Assembly (NCBI GenBank): GCA_964439905.1
Contig: CAYTPK010000007.1
Coordinates: 1,294-65,293, forward strand
Direction: 5' to 3'
Source of the DNA: an uncultured Dehalococcoidia bacterium
GTDB lineage: Bacteria > Chloroflexota > Dehalococcoidia > Lucifugimonadales > GCA-2712585
Length of the DNA stretch: 64,000 bases
Position numbers and translations under genes: made by a program. Positions 31,217 to 41,891 of this stretch are shown one piece after another. Numbering within the stretch: position 1 is the stretch's first letter; every line of letters starts with the position of its first letter. The notes beneath the pieces are model-generated. The model was given only the letters and a program-made list of their open reading frames with translations. It made no database searches and was not told the DNA's origin.

Positions 31217-32662
31217 CTATAGATAGCCGGCTAGTTTAGCGGCGTTTATCCCGGCTATTCGCCCAAATACAGCTCCGTGCATAAGCCCTGAAGCACGAAG
31301 ACTGTCATGATAGAAAAAACCTCCCACTATCTCTCCAGTCGCAAACAATCCAGGTATGGCTTTCTCGTCTGCATTTAGAACTCGGGCTTCTGTGTCAATC
31401 TTTAGTCCCCCAAAAGTATAGGTAATGCCACCGGTAACCTTGTAAGCATAAAATGGTGGGGTGTCTATCTCTAGTGCCCAATTACTCTTTGCTGGGCTAG
31501 TGTTATTAGTGCATTTCCCATCCAAAGTGGTCGGATCGAAGGTTCTTTGATTAACCTGGGAATTGAATTCGTTTATTGTATTGTTCATCTTAATCGGGTC
31601 GATGTTTAATTTACAACCAAGCGATTTTATAGAATTCGATACCTTTGGTGTGGAAGATAGATATTGTGGGTCAATTAATTTAATAACTTTTTGATCAAAT
31701 ATTTGGAAAGCGAGGTTATCGGGTTGCTGTAAGATTTTATCGGCCATATCGACGAAGTTATCTGAGTTCATCGCCGCACCCTCGTCCGTAAACCTCTCGC
31801 CATTTAAATTTAACATGATGCCCAAATTGTATGATCTACGAGATAATTGGTGAACAGTCATGACAGAGCCACTAGAAGGGGCATCAAAATCTATTGGGGT
31901 ACCATGGTAACCATTCCATTGACCTGTTGTAGCTGCACCAATTGCCATACCTACCCTATGACCATCACCGGTATTAAACTGTGATCCTCGGACTTTTGCT
32001 TTTCTCCATTGAGGACCTAAATAGCTAGAGCGCATCTCTGAATTGGCCTCGAACCCTCCGCATGCCAACACGATACCCTTGGCACCTATACGGTGCTTAC
32101 CATCTTTATCACGGGCTATGATTCCATTCACGGCTCCCATAGGATTTTTGATAAGTTCGACCATAGCGGTTTCGTAAACGATTTCTATTCCCTGTCGACG
32201 GGCGATGTCGTAATACATGTTTATGAGTCCAGGTCCGGATCCCATAGCACCGGCCCCTACCCGTTGTGTATTTGATCCTCGCTCAAATGTTATACCAAGT
32301 TCACTAAGCCATGAAATGGTTGGAAGAGATTGCTCTATGAGAGCAGCCAGTAAGTTACGGTTGGTTAGTCCTCTGGTTTTGGTAAGCATGTCTGACTGGT
32401 ATTGTCCAGAAGTGTAGGGTGGTTCATTTCCTTTGAGAACAGAGCGATCTGATACGATACGTTTTAAATCGGATGTCCCATTGTGGATGAACCTGAAGCC
32501 GCCTCCTGTAAATGGACAATTCCCGCCTCGTTCGATGGGAGGAGCTTTCTCTACAACCAGAACTTTTGCGCCGGATTGCTTTGCGGATAATGCCGCGCTT
32601 AGAGCTGCATTGCCGCCTCCAATAACAACAACGTCATAATTAACGTCGAAAGAACTGACCAT
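31217..32662 (-). CDS. FAD-dependent oxidoreductase, TcuA (tricarballylate dehydrogenase)-like
   Basis: GGGNAA, RGGNC.FTGG, LACGGFEAN, VRGSQFNTGDG, GITYTFGGL, GEIVGGFFY, GAVFGRIAG. Confidence 0.88.
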   Translation of the reverse strand: MVSSFDVNYDVVVIGGGNAALSAALSAKQSGAKVLVVEKAPPIERGGNCPFTGGGFRFIHNGTSDLKRIVSDRSVLKGNEPPYTSGQYQSDMLTKTRGLTNRNLLAALIEQSLPTISWLSELGITFERGSNTQRVGAGAMGSGPGLINMYYDIARRQGIEIVYETAMVELIKNPMGAVNGIIARDKDGKHRIGAKGIVLACGGFEANSEMRSSYLGPQWRKAKVRGSQFNTGDGHRVGMAIGAATTGQWNGYHGTPIDFDAPSSGSVMTVHQLSRRSYNLGIMLNLNGERFTDEGAAMNSDNFVDMADKILQQPDNLAFQIFDQKVIKLIDPQYLSSTPKVSNSIKSLGCKLNIDPIKMNNTINEFNSQVNQRTFDPTTLDGKCTNNTSPAKSNWALEIDTPPFYAYKVTGGITYTFGGLKIDTEARVLNADEKAIPGLFATGEIVGGFFYHDSLRASGLMHGAVFGRIAGINAAKLAGYL

Positions 32663-33070
32663 ATAGGGTCTCCATTTTAAAGCTGCATGTAGTGAAATGA
32701 GTGTGCATGTGGCCTGATCGCAAATTGATAGTCCTTTAGCTTGATGTAGGGGAGTGTACCTTCACAATATCGATTGGGCAACTGTAATAGGTTCCAGAAA
32801 TAATCCGAAAATGTCTTCTTAAATGATTTATGGGGATAATCAGTGAGCCTGTTTTATGGTCAAAAAAGTGAATATAAACCGTATAGGGATATTTGCTAAA
32901 TCTATTGAAAATAGAAAGTTTTGGGCTATAATTCTGGCGGGAATTTATTCTAATGGATCTATATCTAAGTAACGACATGATTTTTTGATTAGAAATCTAT
33001 ATATGTCAGCCGAACATTAACAGAAAATGATTAAAGATAGAAACTCTCAAGAGCGAAAAAGGGGAATGTA

Positions 33071-33781
33071 TTGGAAGATCCAATCATAGCGGTTTCAGGA
33101 GTAACAAAAACTTATAAGAATGGAGAACTATGGGTTGAAGCCCTGAAAGGAATAGATCTAGAGGTGGGTAGAGGAGAAATAGTTGCGGTAATGGGCCCTA
33201 GTGGCTGTGGTAAAACTACATTGCTGAACTGTCTTTCAGGACTAGATAATTTGGATAGCGGTGAAATATATATTGAAGGGCAAAAACTGCATGCATTGTC
33301 TGACGATCTTCGTACCGATTATAGGGCTCGTCGCATGGGATTTGTGTTCCAACACTACAATTTGTTACCGGTATTAACTTCCGAAGAGAATGTTGAACTG
33401 CCGTTATTGCTTTCAGGGACCGGGACTCGTAGGGCCCGTGAATTAGCTCAAGATATGCTTGAAATGGTTGGGTTAAGTGACCGAATGAAGCATATCCCTG
33501 CTGAACTTTCTGGAGGTCAACGACAACGGGTAACGATAGCTCGAGCTTTAGTAAACCAGCCCGCGATCATATGGGCAGATGAGCCTACCGGGGACCTTGA
33601 TACTGAAACATCTAAGGAGATCATGGATCTGGTTATTAGGTTAAACGAAACGAATCTTCAGACTTTTATGATGGTAACTCACTCTCCGGATGTAGGCAGT
33701 ATGGCACATAGAATCATACGAATGAAAGATGGCGTGATTGTTAACGACGAAGATACCAATAAATTACGTGACCAACGATAG
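33071..33781 (+). CDS. ABC transporter ATP-binding protein (LolD/MacB type)
   Basis: [34 protein letters not shown]. Confidence 0.97.
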   Translation: MEDPIIAVSGVTKTYKNGELWVEALKGIDLEVGRGEIVAVMGPSGCGKTTLLNCLSGLDNLDSGEIYIEGQKLHALSDDLRTDYRARRMGFVFQHYNLLPVLTSEENVELPLLLSGTGTRRARELAQDMLEMVGLSDRMKHIPAELSGGQRQRVTIARALVNQPAIIWADEPTGDLDTETSKEIMDLVIRLNETNLQTFMMVTHSPDVGSMAHRIIRMKDGVIVNDEDTNKLRDQR

Positions 33782-33813
33782 AGCCAATATAACCTAGCTG
33801 GTGAATCCAAACT

Positions 33814-36800
33814 ATGGAAGAAATTTTTGGTATTGAACTAAAAACCCTGATGCTGGTATTGCTTGTGGTTTTTGCTGCGATCATGGCAAGCATAATCTTT
33901 ATGGCCATTCGTAACCCGGTTCTTGTAAAGTTGGGGTTAAGAAACATTCCGCGCAGGCCCGCTCAAACGGCGTTAATTATTATAGGTTCCATGTTAAGTG
34001 CAGTTATAATTGCCGCCGCATTCGGTACCGGAGATTCGATACACTATTCCATAAAGAATGCGGCAATAGAGGGGTTGGGCAACATTGATGAAGTTATTAC
34101 ACTTTCAGATGGGTCTGAGACTTTTGGCTCACCAGTTTCCCCGTACTTTTCGATGGCACGGTTCCAGGAATTAGAGAATGAAATTGAGCATTTTACCGAC
34201 ATTGATGGGTTAGCACCGCAAATTTGGGAGATTGGAGGTGCAACCAATCCTAAAAACTCTCTATTTTCCGGACGTACTAACGTGGTTGGAGTTTCCCCAT
34301 CACACATGAAGGGATTTCAAGATTTCATTCTTGAGAATGATCGAAAAGTATTCCTCAAAGATTTGGCGCATAGAGAAATTTTTATAAATCAGGCACTTTC
34401 CAAAGAACTTGATGCAGTGGCAGGAGATACATTGACACTATTTGTTAATGAGCATCCGGTAACTCTTGTCATTGAAGCAACAATACAAAATGGTGGATTT
34501 GCCGGTATTGAGCCTACCATTGTGATGACGTTAGACCAAACACAAGTCTTGTTTGAACAGTCAGGAAATATCAATGGTATAGCTGTGTCTAACCAAGGGG
34601 ACGCTGTAGAGGGAGGTGAAGACAGCATAGAAATTGTTCGAGAACTAAGAATGATTTTGGCTGACCCAGCAGTAGCTAATGATTTGCATCTTTTGTTAAA
34701 CACGCAACCAATACTTAACGTCATAACGAACGAACTGAAAAAGAAATCAACTGGTAGTGATTTGAAGGATGATCTTAGGGATTTGATTGAGGAATTGAAA
34801 AGACCTGAGGCCTCAAGCGAACTTATCAGAATTATTTCTGATGAGAGCGTGACCAATCAGATTACTGTAGGCCTTAACGCTGAAAATTTATACGGAGATC
34901 AGCACAAACTAGACGTATTGCTCAGAGATCTATCAGATATGAATGTGGACGGGGTAAAAGAACGAATATTGGATTTAGCAAATACCATTGGAAGTACAGT
35001 AACGGGATTCTTCATAATTATGGGATTGTTTTCGGTAATGGTCGGCAGTTTATTGATTTTTCTTATCTTTGTAATGTTAGCAGCAGCGCGTAGGGCTGAG
35101 ATGGGCATTTTTAGAGCGATAGGAGCCCAAAGGACCCATTTAGTCCAGATATTCTTGTTTGAGGGTACTTCGTACAATCTGATTGCCGCAGCTGTAGGTA
35201 CGGTTATTGGATTCTTCCTTACTTTTGTGATTGTACTAGTGGCAGATAGAATTTTTGGTGCAGAGGATGAAGGTTTTAGTCTGAGTTACCACATAGAAGC
35301 TACAAGCGCAGTTGTGGCTTATTGTTTAGCTATGGTGATAACGTTTGCTACTGTTGGGTTTTCGTCTTATAGGGTTAGCCGAATGAATATTATTGAGGCT
35401 GTACGGGATCTTCCAGAGTCTCCTAATTCTGATGAATCACAGACGTTTTTGGTAAGACTTTTGGGTGTTTGGGTTTCTTTTTTCCGGCCTGCAATATATC
35501 TCTATAGGTCGGCCAGGCATCTTATGTCTACACAGTTCATCAATGGGTTCTTGAATTTAGGCGGATGCGTAATTTGGATAATGATTTTTCCTATTTGGGT
35601 TGCAGATATATTCATCTCTATCTCACGCTTAATGTGGCCATTTTTCAAACAGGGTTGGTTGACTTTTGCAGTTGGGACTATATTGACTGCACTAGGAGTT
35701 ATAGCGTGGTCACAAACGGCTCCATTTTCCATCGGGTTTTCTCTTATGATCATAGGATTTGGTCTTATTCTACGACAGGTTTGCCAATATGTGCCTTGGA
35801 TTACACCTGGTTTTGGATTATTGCTTGGAGCAGTTGGAGTAAGTTTGGGAATCTACGGTCTAAACGAAAATGAACTATTGACCAGTGTAATCGGATTAAT
35901 GGTTTTCGTGATAGGACTATTTATGATCTGGCCTGCTATACGCTATGGATCAAATCCTCCAATTCGATTTGTCGATAGGCTAGCATTTTCGTTTATTGGA
36001 ATCCTCGGCCTTGTGTTCTGGATAACACCGTTTGATATCGTGGAATCTATTACCGGAGAGCTGGAAGCAGAGATCGAGATGTTTTTCATTTCGGGTGTCT
36101 CCATGGTCGCAGCTGCGGTGTGGACTATTATGCATAACGCAGATCTGATCCTCCGGTTCGTGTCTATTTCCTCTAATAAGATCGGTAAACTGAGGCCAGT
36201 AATCTTGACTGCAGTTGCATATCCCTTAAGCGCGAAATTTAGAACTGGCCTCACATTGGCTATGTTTTCATTGGTGGTGTTTACCCTTGTGATTATGTCC
36301 ATCCTTGGGGAGGCTTTTGGTAATGCCCTCGCTGATAGTGACGAGGTGACTGGTCACTGGGATATTGAAGGTAACATGACTTCCGCTCACGAGGGGATAG
36401 ATATAGCGAACGCACTCTCCGGAATGGATCTAGTTGATAGGTCGAAATTCGAAGCTATAGGTGGCTATGTTAGATCTTCTATAGAAATGCGGCAAGTGGA
36501 TGCCGAAAATCAGCAGTGGGAAGGTTTTATTCTCCAGGCAGCTGACCGAGGATTTCTGGATAATACCGAACACCAAGTTAGGATCATAGCTAATGGTTAT
36601 GGAACAACAGAAGAAGATGTTTGGTCCGCATTAATCGCGGATCCGAATTTAGCAGTTATAGGCGCTGGGGCTGTTTCGGGCGATGGCGGGCCTGCAGGCG
36701 GGCGGTCAGGGTTTAAACTTGAATGTATTTCTTATGACGATGAATCTATGAATCCTATAGATGTACAAATTTTGGAACCATCATCCAACAGCGAATTGAC

Positions 36801-37443
36801 TTATACCATTATTGGTATATTGAATAATGGAAACGACCACGAAAATCAATTAGTGACTTCCAAAGATAAGATAGAAAACAGTTTTGGTATGAATGTCCCC
36901 TCGACGACATATAGGTTTCGTACGGTCGACGGGACGGATTTAGATAGGACAACTAAGAATCTGGAATCAGCGTTCATAAAGAATGGAATGGAAACTGTGA
37001 ATCTTCAGGAAAGAGTAAGAAATGAGGCCGCGCAAGGTAGGGCCTTTAATCGACTCTTCACGGCCTTTATGGGGCTTGGCCTTATCGTAGGCATAGCTGC
37101 CCTCGGTGTTATTAGCTTGAGAGCGGTGGTTGAACGCCGACAACAAATAGGTACCTTACGAGCTATTGGTTATAGGAAATGGATGATCCAGTGGAGCTTT
37201 TTATTAGAATCGTCCTTTGTTGCGCTCTTAGGGATCTTAATAGGCCTGATACTTGGAGGTATAACGTCCTACAACATTATAGTGTCAATCAGAGAAGGCT
37301 TTGATGGTATAGAGTTTTCTATTCCGGTGATACAGCTATCTGTAATCGTAGGGCTTGCCTATATATTTTCTATTTTGACGACTTTATTAGCTGCTAGACA
37401 GGCATCCGAAATTGTTCCTGCCGAGGCCTTGAGATATGAGTAA
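33814..37443 (+). CDS. Large FtsX/MacB-like ABC permease
   Basis: LRNIPRRP, RRAEMGIFRAIGA and ERRQQIGTLRAIG repeats, terminal PAEALRYE; two extracytoplasmic domains. Confidence 0.93.
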   Translation: MEEIFGIELKTLMLVLLVVFAAIMASIIFMAIRNPVLVKLGLRNIPRRPAQTALIIIGSMLSAVIIAAAFGTGDSIHYSIKNAAIEGLGNIDEVITLSDGSETFGSPVSPYFSMARFQELENEIEHFTDIDGLAPQIWEIGGATNPKNSLFSGRTNVVGVSPSHMKGFQDFILENDRKVFLKDLAHREIFINQALSKELDAVAGDTLTLFVNEHPVTLVIEATIQNGGFAGIEPTIVMTLDQTQVLFEQSGNINGIAVSNQGDAVEGGEDSIEIVRELRMILADPAVANDLHLLLNTQPILNVITNELKKKSTGSDLKDDLRDLIEELKRPEASSELIRIISDESVTNQITVGLNAENLYGDQHKLDVLLRDLSDMNVDGVKERILDLANTIGSTVTGFFIIMGLFSVMVGSLLIFLIFVMLAAARRAEMGIFRAIGAQRTHLVQIFLFEGTSYNLIAAAVGTVIGFFLTFVIVLVADRIFGAEDEGFSLSYHIEATSAVVAYCLAMVITFATVGFSSYRVSRMNIIEAVRDLPESPNSDESQTFLVRLLGVWVSFFRPAIYLYRSARHLMSTQFINGFLNLGGCVIWIMIFPIWVADIFISISRLMWPFFKQGWLTFAVGTILTALGVIAWSQTAPFSIGFSLMIIGFGLILRQVCQYVPWITPGFGLLLGAVGVSLGIYGLNENELLTSVIGLMVFVIGLFMIWPAIRYGSNPPIRFVDRLAFSFIGILGLVFWITPFDIVESITGELEAEIEMFFISGVSMVAAAVWTIMHNADLILRFVSISSNKIGKLRPVILTAVAYPLSAKFRTGLTLAMFSLVVFTLVIMSILGEAFGNALADSDEVTGHWDIEGNMTSAHEGIDIANALSGMDLVDRSKFEAIGGYVRSSIEMRQVDAENQQWEGFILQAADRGFLDNTEHQVRIIANGYGTTEEDVWSALIADPNLAVIGAGAVSGDGGPAGGRSGFKLECISYDDESMNPIDVQILEPSSNSELTYTIIGILNNGNDHENQLVTSKDKIENSFGMNVPSTTYRFRTVDGTDLDRTTKNLESAFIKNGMETVNLQERVRNEAAQGRAFNRLFTAFMGLGLIVGIAALGVISLRAVVERRQQIGTLRAIGYRKWMIQWSFLLESSFVALLGILIGLILGGITSYNIIVSIREGFDGIEFSIPVIQLSVIVGLAYIFSILTTLLAARQASEIVPAEALRYE

Positions 37444-37481
37444 CGTGTGGTAATCGAATACTGATATCAGACGACTGTGAA

Positions 37482-37823
37482 TTAGTTTCTTTTTGGGAGA
37501 CTTCTTTCGATCATTCTGTCTACTTGGCCACCAATTTTCTCGCCTAGCTCGCTCATTTTAGCGTCATCAGACATCCCTTTAGGGCCTTCTGCGAAGAATT
37601 GTGCCGTTTCTTTCTTCTTTCGCATTGCCGGCAGGGCTTTTCCTAGGAAATCATCGTCGTATTTGGCCTTTGTGTGCATCTTAAAATTTACTTTTGACAC
37701 CAGCCTTACTACGTCTGTGCTTTTGCAGTGATCACACGTCGGACTATTAGTCGTACTAGATAACCTGACTAGTTTCTCCGATACCTTTTTACAATCGTAG
37801 CAGCCATATTCGTAAAGTGGCAT
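37482..37823 (-). CDS. FmdB-family zinc ribbon protein
   Basis: MPLYEYGCYDC...CDHC...RLVS; GAGGAG RBS. Confidence 0.9.
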   Translation of the reverse strand: MPLYEYGCYDCKKVSEKLVRLSSTTNSPTCDHCKSTDVVRLVSKVNFKMHTKAKYDDDFLGKALPAMRKKKETAQFFAEGPKGMSDDAKMSELGEKIGGQVDRMIERSLPKRN

Positions 37824-37860
37824 TTGTACTCCTCGTTAAACCCAGAGATTCATTGTAAAG

Positions 37861-38979
37861 CTAGTTTAAGATTCGGTCTCCATAAAGGCTAACAGAATTG
37901 TCCCACAGAATTGACCTTTTTATCTCATCAGAGAAATCTTGTTTTAGAAACATTCCTACCGCTCCTGGAATCGGGGCGTCTGGATGTGGCCAGTCGGTAT
38001 TGAAAATCAGATTATCACCTAGTTCGTTAGCTACAAACGGTAGGGTCTGTTCATCCGCATCACAAGCTATAAAGCATTGGCGTTTAAAATAATCACTTGG
38101 ATCCATTGCGACTTCCTTTTCGTATTGGAATCTACCCTGTCTACCAATGGCGTGATCGTCCATACGGGCTAGCCACCAAGGAGCCCATCCGGCATTTGCT
38201 TCGAGGAATGAACATCGAAGATCCGGGAAATTTTCGAGTACGTTACCAAAGATTAGAGTTCCCATGGATAACATGCCATCCAAAGGAAATGCTATAGCAT
38301 GGCTTACTGAAGCTAATCCCGGGGTTTCGGTGTATGATCGGAGCCAACGTGTTTGAGATCCTCCCCCGTGAAACGAGGCTGCCATATTCAATCTCGATAA
38401 GGTTTCCCAGAATGGATTGAATTGAGGATCTGACCATTTTTGTGAAGGGCCTGGGTCCGGAAGGTTAATTGCCGCACATTCGGGTATTTCAGCCAGTCGC
38501 TCTGTCTCGGCTATCGCTAGTTTAACGTCAATAACCGAAACCAGTCCGATAAACTTCACCTTACCTTCGGATTCTGTACAGTAATCACGTGCCCAGTTGT
38601 TATAACCGCGGCACAAAGCATCCTGGAGGTTCGGATCCTCGATATTTGGAGACAAAGCAGCAGTTCCATTGGTATGGAATCCTACCTGGATGTCCAGTCC
38701 TTCTTTCTCTATTTCCACTAGACGGGCGGGAAGGCTCCACCAAGTTGTCCACGCGTTTCCATAGCGTTCGGGGCAATCTGCGAACACGCTTTCTGGTCTA
38801 GGAGAAACTCGTCCATTTGGGAAGGCTTCGCAAGGGTGATAGCTAAATAAATAACGCCCTACGTGACCACTCACCAAAGGTCTACGTTCATAGTAGTCCT
38901 TTTCTATGTAGTTATCCCAGATATCTAGTGGTTCCTGCATATGGCCATCCCCATCAATTACCCTAAATCCGTTTTTCAT
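37861..38979 (-). CDS. Amidohydrolase_2 family protein
   Basis: IDGDGHMQEP, YNNW, LEANAGW.P..L.RMD, PSDYFKRQ, NTDWPH. Confidence 0.92.
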   Translation of the reverse strand: MKNGFRVIDGDGHMQEPLDIWDNYIEKDYYERRPLVSGHVGRYLFSYHPCEAFPNGRVSPRPESVFADCPERYGNAWTTWWSLPARLVEIEKEGLDIQVGFHTNGTAALSPNIEDPNLQDALCRGYNNWARDYCTESEGKVKFIGLVSVIDVKLAIAETERLAEIPECAAINLPDPGPSQKWSDPQFNPFWETLSRLNMAASFHGGGSQTRWLRSYTETPGLASVSHAIAFPLDGMLSMGTLIFGNVLENFPDLRCSFLEANAGWAPWWLARMDDHAIGRQGRFQYEKEVAMDPSDYFKRQCFIACDADEQTLPFVANELGDNLIFNTDWPHPDAPIPGAVGMFLKQDFSDEIKRSILWDNSVSLYGDRILN

Positions 38980-39009
38980 AATTATCTCCGATTATTCTAA
39001 AAAGGTTTG

Positions 39010-40164
39010 TTAGTTTACGATCCTGTCTCCGAATAGTCGTACTGGATTATCCCATAGAACTTTTCTTTTTGATTCGTCATTTATTGGTTGGTTTAGGAAT
39101 TCAGGTAATGCTTTATCAGGATCTGGGGCATCTGGATGAGGATAGTCTGTATTCCATAGCAGATTATCGGGGCCAACGAGATCGACGACACCTGGGAGTG
39201 CGAATTCATCTCCGTCGCAAGCCACAAAAACCTGTCTTGCGAAATACTCACTGGGTTTCATGGTCATCGGATTGTCTTTGTCCTGTACGAAAACCGCTTG
39301 TCTCCCCTCGACGTGGTCATCAAGACGACCCAGCCAGAAAGGCACCCAACCCGCATTACCCTCCAGCATGGCGATACGAAGGTGAGGATGTTTCTCCAAA
39401 ATTCCAGTGTAGATTAAATGGCCTAGTGAAATCATGTTTTCGAATGGGAAACCTATAGCGTGTTCGAGAGCGATTAATGTGCCAGGCTTGCCCTGATATC
39501 GTGTTCCAGTATGGGGGCTACCACTTTGTATCCCATGGAATGCTATTGGAACGTTTAACTGTTCTGCTAGATCCCAAAATCCACTGTAGTATTCGTCATG
39601 CCAAAATTTGCCTTCCTGAGGTTTGAACGCCATAACTGTTACGGCTCCCAATTTTTCGACTGCCCGCCGCATTTCTACAAGCATGTCTTCTATGTTATAT
39701 GAAGGTAATTGAGCAACCATCTTTAATTTCGATGGGTCTGCGTTACAAAAATCATGGCACCAATTATGGTATGCTCTGGCTAATGCGAACATGAGAGCAG
39801 GATCCTTCCCTTCAAGCTTGAGAGGCTGGGCACCAGTCCCGGGAATCAACACCATCTTATCCCAGCCGAATCTTTCCATATCTTTCAGCCTACTTTCAGC
39901 ACTCCACCATGCCTCGTATGCCTGACCATATTTAATTGGCTGTCTCTCCAGTATTTCGGTGGGTCTCAATCGCCCCATTTGGTCTTTACCTGTCAGGTCT
40001 TTTGGATAGAGCTCTCCCGATTCATATTTAAAGAAGAGTTGATACTCAACGTTCGTAACTTTCGGGCGTCGGTCGTAGAATTCTTTTTCTACGTATTTAT
40101 CCCAAAGATCTGCAGGTTCTTGCATATGTGCATCAGCGTCGATAACTTTATATCCGTTTATCAT
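39010..40164 (-). CDS. Amidohydrolase_2 family protein
   Basis: IDADAHMQEP, YHNW, LEGNAGWVP..L.RLD, PSEYFARQ, NTDYPH; start at ATG 40164 after GGAGG. Confidence 0.92.
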   Translation of the reverse strand: MINGYKVIDADAHMQEPADLWDKYVEKEFYDRRPKVTNVEYQLFFKYESGELYPKDLTGKDQMGRLRPTEILERQPIKYGQAYEAWWSAESRLKDMERFGWDKMVLIPGTGAQPLKLEGKDPALMFALARAYHNWCHDFCNADPSKLKMVAQLPSYNIEDMLVEMRRAVEKLGAVTVMAFKPQEGKFWHDEYYSGFWDLAEQLNVPIAFHGIQSGSPHTGTRYQGKPGTLIALEHAIGFPFENMISLGHLIYTGILEKHPHLRIAMLEGNAGWVPFWLGRLDDHVEGRQAVFVQDKDNPMTMKPSEYFARQVFVACDGDEFALPGVVDLVGPDNLLWNTDYPHPDAPDPDKALPEFLNQPINDESKRKVLWDNPVRLFGDRIVN

Positions 40165-40381
40165 GTGCCCTCCAGGCCGTTTTAACATGTGTTCGGCATT
40201 ATAAAAGTTCTTTTATATTTGATCAAATTAGTGTTTCCCTTTGGTTTAATTGGGTGTAGTTTTGCCGGCTTTGTTTATAATGCAACCATGAAGTCCCAAA
40301 ATCCCAATGTTTGTAATTTCTCGAACTTAGTTGTTAAGCTTGTGACCCACTGTCTAGCAATCTATCGTAAATAAGGGGTCC

Positions 40382-40410
40382 TTGACACTTTATTGTCATG
40401 TTGATAGGTT
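40382..40410 (+). promoter_or_regulatory. Putative promoter with overlapping palindrome upstream of NIPSNAP gene
   Basis: TTGACA-17 nt-TAGGTT; TGACA-N6-TGTCA inverted repeat over the -35. Confidence 0.5.
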
Positions 40411-40458
40411 CGTTGCTTAAGAGGATTGTTATTACGTCAAAGAAGTTTAGGAGGATGT

Positions 40459-40776
40459 ATGATATATGATGTCCGCACCTACGATCTAAAAATGGGTAAG
40501 GTGCAAGAATACATGGAAGCTGTTAGAGAAGTAGCTTTGCCTTTGCGCAAAGCCAATGGAATAGAGTTGGCTGGCTGGTATTACACTATCATTGGGCCTA
40601 TAACTCAGATAATTCATATTTGGGCGTATAAGAGTCTGGCCCATATGGAAGAAGCCAAAGGGCGTGTTGAGGCCGACCCACGTTGGACAGGTGAATATCT
40701 ACCTCGAGTACAACCTCTTATCGCAAATGCTAGAGATCAAATAATGAAAGCAGCTGATTTTGCCCCCCAAGGATAG
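40459..40776 (+). CDS. NIPSNAP family protein
   Basis: IYDVRTYDL, IG..TQIIHIWAY.S, ADPRW; AGGAGG RBS before ATG 40459. Confidence 0.92.
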   Translation: MIYDVRTYDLKMGKVQEYMEAVREVALPLRKANGIELAGWYYTIIGPITQIIHIWAYKSLAHMEEAKGRVEADPRWTGEYLPRVQPLIANARDQIMKAADFAPQG

Positions 40777-40865
40777 GGAGAGCGGCTAACTTTTTAACTT
40801 AAAGAGCTGGATACTGAGCGAGCGTCGCCTGCTGGTCTTACGAATGGAGTCCTCGATTTAGATCC

Positions 40866-41678
40866 TTATGAACATCTAAGGGTTTCTTTTTCGATGTATT
40901 CCTTGAGTTCTGGAGGCAACGGATCTAAGCTCGCTGGGACTGCGTTCTCAGTTATCCTAGTTGGTTTCGTGGTGGCAGGTATAGGGGCAGTTACGGTTGG
41001 ATTAGCAAGTAGCCAGGCCAAGGCTGCCTGACCCCAGGTCTCTATCCCATATTCCTGTAGAGGTTTGACGTTGGGCTCTGTCTTGAGACCCGTTGCTAAG
41101 GACCCTTTACCAGTCGGTCGCATGCATAGAACGCCTATACCCAGCTCGTTGGCTAATGGTAAGACCTCTCGTTCGACGTGCCTATCATTTATATTGTATG
41201 AGACCTGTATGGTGTCTATACGGCCGGTTTTCATTATCTTCATCATTTCGGGTAGCATATCAGGGTATCCATATGTTATTCCTATGAGGTCTATATCTCC
41301 TCGTTCTTTTAGTTCCTCGAGGTAGACCAGATGTGTTTTCCAGTCTACGAGATTGTGGATCTGAATAAGTTCTATGTGGTCTGTTTTCAGTAGGTCAAAG
41401 GATCTAGCTATCTGTAATTTTCCGGTTTCTGCGCCGGAACACCAGACCTTTGTAGCTAGATGGAACTTTTCTCTTCTTCCTGCAATGGTTATACCTAGGA
41501 CTTCTTCGGCTCGTCCATACATCGGAGAAGTGTCCAACAACGTTACCCCTTCAATTAAACACTGGTCGATGATTTTGCGACGTATTTCTATCTCCGGATC
41601 TCCTTGTATATCAAAAGTACCCGCGCTACCCATACCGATTGAGCTAACGGTTACGTTTCCTAACTTCCGAAATTTCAT
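40866..41678 (-). CDS. Aldo/keto reductase
   Basis: DTSPMYG.AE, ATKV, QIHN, QVSYN, IPATT. Confidence 0.94.
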   Translation of the reverse strand: MKFRKLGNVTVSSIGMGSAGTFDIQGDPEIEIRRKIIDQCLIEGVTLLDTSPMYGRAEEVLGITIAGRREKFHLATKVWCSGAETGKLQIARSFDLLKTDHIELIQIHNLVDWKTHLVYLEELKERGDIDLIGITYGYPDMLPEMMKIMKTGRIDTIQVSYNINDRHVEREVLPLANELGIGVLCMRPTGKGSLATGLKTEPNVKPLQEYGIETWGQAALAWLLANPTVTAPIPATTKPTRITENAVPASLDPLPPELKEYIEKETLRCS

Positions 41679-41891
41679 CTGTCAGTCCTCTCACGGATAA
41701 TGTTGATAGTTACATAGTTTGGGGTTGGTGCGATCATTTCGTCAAGTCTATGTTGATATGGATAATTACACAGCCGATGTATTCTTAATCATGAGGGCGC
41801 CATCACTAAGTGATATGTGGTGGTAGAATATCCTAAGCTAGCTCCTGGCTTTTTATAATAAATCGACAATAAATCGGAACGAGGGAAACAA

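Noticed and set aside
32736-32978. 80-aa ORF in the AT-rich spacer between the TcuA-like and ABC genes
   Set aside because: No RBS, motif or codon signal; region looks like a divergent promoter spacer.
41770-41810. Fluoride riboswitch (GTGATGGCG on minus strand)
   Set aside because: Lacks the downstream GCUGAUGAC-type pseudoknot partner and closing stem.
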